A stretch of DNA of 57,168 bases, counting the filler, from Platydemus manokwari (taxonomy: Eukaryota), in assembly GCA_037951405.1 (NCBI GenBank). It is 4 parts of 4 records of this genome, joined end to end, with 100 filler letters (N's around TTAATTAATTAA, not from the genome) between each part and the next. Parts side by side here need not be neighbours in the genome. Positions count along the whole stretch, not along the records: positions 39,852 to 57,168 come from JBBMOY011105886.1; 3 more parts are not named here. The stretch is one strand, 5' to 3'. The translations under genes and the position numbers were made by a program. Numbering within the stretch: the stretch's first letter is position 1; each line of letters opens with the position of its first letter. The notes beneath the pieces are model-generated. The model saw nothing but the letters and a program-made list of their open reading frames with translations, made no database searches and had not been told where the DNA came from. Below, piece by piece: positions 54,601 to 57,168 of this stretch.

Positions 54601-55059
54601 ATTAATCATAATATTTATTGAAGTACTTCAAATTAAATAATAACAATGAAATTAATTATCGAGTTAAAATTCAATAAACCTTATGGCTTACTCGGCTGCA
54701 GCTCCTTCAATAAAAAATTGTGAAAATTCTTTATTTAAATCTTCAAGGGAATTCAAATCGTGATGGTCTTCGTTGACTCGACTCGGTGCTTCATTTGGTC
54801 CCGACATTTTAAGCTTTGTAAAACACGAAATAGCACGACTAAAATAATCAGTACATCCACCAAACCCAATAGCCACTTTTGGGGAACGATTACGTTTGGA
54901 AACGTTATCATAAATCATTTCAATGTTCTCCATTGAATTGATAACGATCAATAAATCGTGTTTATAGGTAAAATTTTTATAGAAATTTACGGAAACGCCT
55001 ATCAGAATAGCTATGAGAGGCAACAAATAAAAACCTCGAGTTTTTCCTGATTTCTCCAT
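48617..55059 (-). CDS. ADPGK: ADP-dependent glucokinase, 7 exons, ~495 aa
   Basis: Exons 55059-54692, 54034-53841, 53781(or 53775)-53679, 53631-53495, 52122-51973, 49208-48748 and 48691-48617 join in phase. Motifs: N-terminal hydrophobic anchor, KVAIGFGGCTD, GAAAERY, GGNAPVMANRL, PRANRFIVH, GGLQMMD, HFEMASF, DSLGFNEQEL, RLHLHTIGYQ, APVLVC, TVGGGDNIS. Confidence 0.95.
52790..53250 (+). mobile_element. Possible Gypsy gag relic inside ADPGK intron 4 (antisense)
   Basis: A TGGTGACC primer-binding-site-like start, then IENWTLAFSRDYKSVQV and IDWF, resembling retrotransposon gag W..F.G and A..WF motifs. Confidence 0.25.
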
Positions 55060-55419
55060 TAATGCAAGTTTAATATTTAAAATAATAAAATAAAGCCAAA
55101 TTAAAATAATTCTAAATTTCAAATATTAAAATGCACATTATTTATATTAATATATTATAACAAAACAAATAATTCATTATTATAATTACTAATAGTATTC
55201 ATTGAATTGGTTGAAATAATTAAGAACTCGTTATAAAAATTTTTGGTTCGATTTTTAGAATGAATATTTAAATAGCTGAATTTATCAAGAATATTACACT
55301 TAATTGTGATTTAAATTCTAAATAATTTGTATTTCATTTAGGTGGTTACTGTTAGAACTAATTTATTATACTTATGTCAGTGCAAAATAATGCCAAGTTT
55401 GATTTATTATTATACTTCC

Positions 55420-56300
55420 ACATTTTTTAGCCAATATATTCATTATTCTGTTATGGTGATAGGGTACAAAAGAGTTAGGTGGTTTGTAGCAAGTGAAAAC
55501 GTGTATTTGAGATTCCACTTCATAAAAACTATTTTTCATGTCATCCCTCTCATGTACTTTTTGTTCAGAGTAGGAAATTTGACAGTCAGTGCATTAATAA
55601 TAAATCTGAAATAATGAAATGTCTCTTCAAAATTATTTTTGACCACATTGGACTAAAATCTTTTGAGTAACTGTCATAGCGCCCATTTCTGAATTGATTA
55701 GTTCAATTTAATTTATGCAAACGCAAAAACATTGTCTCAGCAGCCTTGACATATCTTTGATTTCTTTGTTCCTTATCCTTTCGTGATGAGAGTCATTTAT
55801 TGCAAGGCTTTGTTGAGCTTTGAGCAATATCTCACTGTTAATAGGAATGAAAGAAACTATGGTATATTTTTTCTCGGAGGTATATGCTCTCTGTTATTTT
55901 GACCCACTATCTTTTGCTCCTTTCACTTTGCAGTATATACGAATTGACCCATTCTAATACTTTTTCGATTGTCGCAACTTGGATATGGATTCCAGCATTT
56001 TTGCACAAAAGTTGTTTAGCATTCATCATAATCATATAATGTTTAGTTGTTGATAGGGTTAGAATTTGGTGATTGGTTATATTAAATGAATGTATCGTTT
56101 TAGGTGGTTTGATTTTAGGAGCTTCAATAACGGGTGTCAAGATTTCGCTATCAGAAAAGTTAATGTTTAGTGCTATCTAAAGGTCAGATATTGACTGAAT
56201 CCTTTGGCGTTGACACCCTCTCTGAATCTGTAAAATTTAACAAATCAGTCTTTCCCTTAATGAGATTGTTGTTAAGTTGAAAATTCACAAAATCACAATA
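55420..56300 (-). mobile_element. Second, partial copy of the NeSL-like retrotransposon
   Basis: The reverse complement matches parts of the 20.6-24.2 kb copy. Examples: agtccaatgtggtc, actctgaa(c/t)aaaaagtacat(g/a)agagg(g/a)atgacatg, and peptide NAGIHIQVATIEKVLEWVNSYIL versus SAGLNNQAATIEKALE*VNSHIL. Confidence 0.85.
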
Positions 56301-57168
56301 ATATTTAATTGTTAGTTAGTTGGCACACGGTGATTATATTTGTCCCCGATAATGAAATCAGAAAATCGGTAACTAAGTAATATTTATTTAACTTGAGAAA
56401 CAAAACGGAACAATTAACGGTGAGCAATATCAACAGTAAAAAAATATTATCAAATAGCCGGCACGTTGCCTCAGCAAGTAGCCAGCAAAATCCGAAGGAG
56501 ACGAAGGAAAGATGCGCGGTGAAGAGAGACTTTCGGCAATATTATATTTTGGTGTGGCTTATATAAATTATCAATTATGCTTAATGATGAAATTACAGGT
56601 TATCGTTTATTTAAATGAGCTTAAAAAATGATAATTACAAAAATTAAATACTCCTTACTCAAGTGTTGAAACAGAAATAAATCCTCGCAATAGACACGAC
56701 AAATAGATCCTCGTAAAAATATCCTCGTACAAATTTCCTCGTAAAAATTGAATTAAATAGATTCCTCAGTAGATTCTCTTCTTAATCTTCTGCTCCAATG
56801 ATCCGCTTCAATGGAATGCCAAATTATCGTAAAGCTCTTAATTATTACTGATCTCGATGATCGCAGTTATTGTGGCTGTTGTGTTTCGTTTTTGGGGGTC
56901 TGGCTCTGTTCTCAGTTTAGTATTTATACTTCACTGTGCCAGCCTCAGCTTACCATTTTTGGTAACATTGTTACTGTCGACAATAAATTTGCATATTGTC
57001 TACATTTCTTAAATTCTTTATTTATTATTTTTCTGTGTTTATTATTTAATTCTTTTTAACTTTTTCCTTATTAATTATTTACACAAATATCATGCTTATT
57101 ATTTTTATTCTTATTGTTTTATTATAATTATAATCTTAACTATTTGTTCCTATTATTTTATTCTTATT

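Noticed and set aside
55060-55122. N-terminal extension of ADPGK in the ORF track
   Set aside because: It begins at a TTG; the first ATG at 55059 gives a normal-length protein.
5015-57059. Many 60-110 aa F/I/L/K/N-rich ORFs in the track (e.g. 5015, 13265, 20081, 38927, 47853, 56811)
   Set aside because: Compositional artefacts of AT-rich DNA or antisense shadows of real exons and TEs; often non-ATG starts.
1-57168. tRNA, rRNA, snRNA genes and CRISPR arrays
   Set aside because: None recognised by eye; tRNAscan-SE and Infernal/Rfam would be needed to exclude small RNAs.

Overview
AT-rich eukaryotic genomic DNA with many short (~45-60 nt) GT-AG introns and (ATT)n microsatellites. It looks most like a free-living flatworm (planarian); the taxon is inferred, not proven. 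Four contigs are joined by three artificial 100-nt N spacers carrying TTAATTAATTAA. I assembled four spliced host genes by hand, all on the minus strand: (1) a secreted protein of about 488 aa with a kringle plus two divergent apextrin-C-terminal (ApeC)-like domains (713-4078); (2) a 5'-incomplete tetraspanin (34313-37480); (3) the radial spoke head MORN protein RSPH1 (40530-41683); (4) ADP-dependent glucokinase ADPGK (48617-55059). The rest is mostly decayed mobile elements: a Polinton/adintovirus-like capsid module (major and minor capsid) next to a virus-type HNH nuclease relic (~6.4-9.4 kb), two copies of a NeSL-type restriction-like-endonuclease (RLE) retrotransposon (one keeps a Ulp1-like protease relic), a Merlin transposase relic, Tc1/mariner derivatives, a four-copy MITE family, and Gypsy and CR1/L2-like fragments. 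The most interesting items are the kringle-2xApeC gene, the endogenous Polinton-like virus module, and a cluster of RFX X-box motifs at 45.6-47.6 kb with no annotated gene beside it. All family assignments come from motifs recognised by eye; no searches were run.
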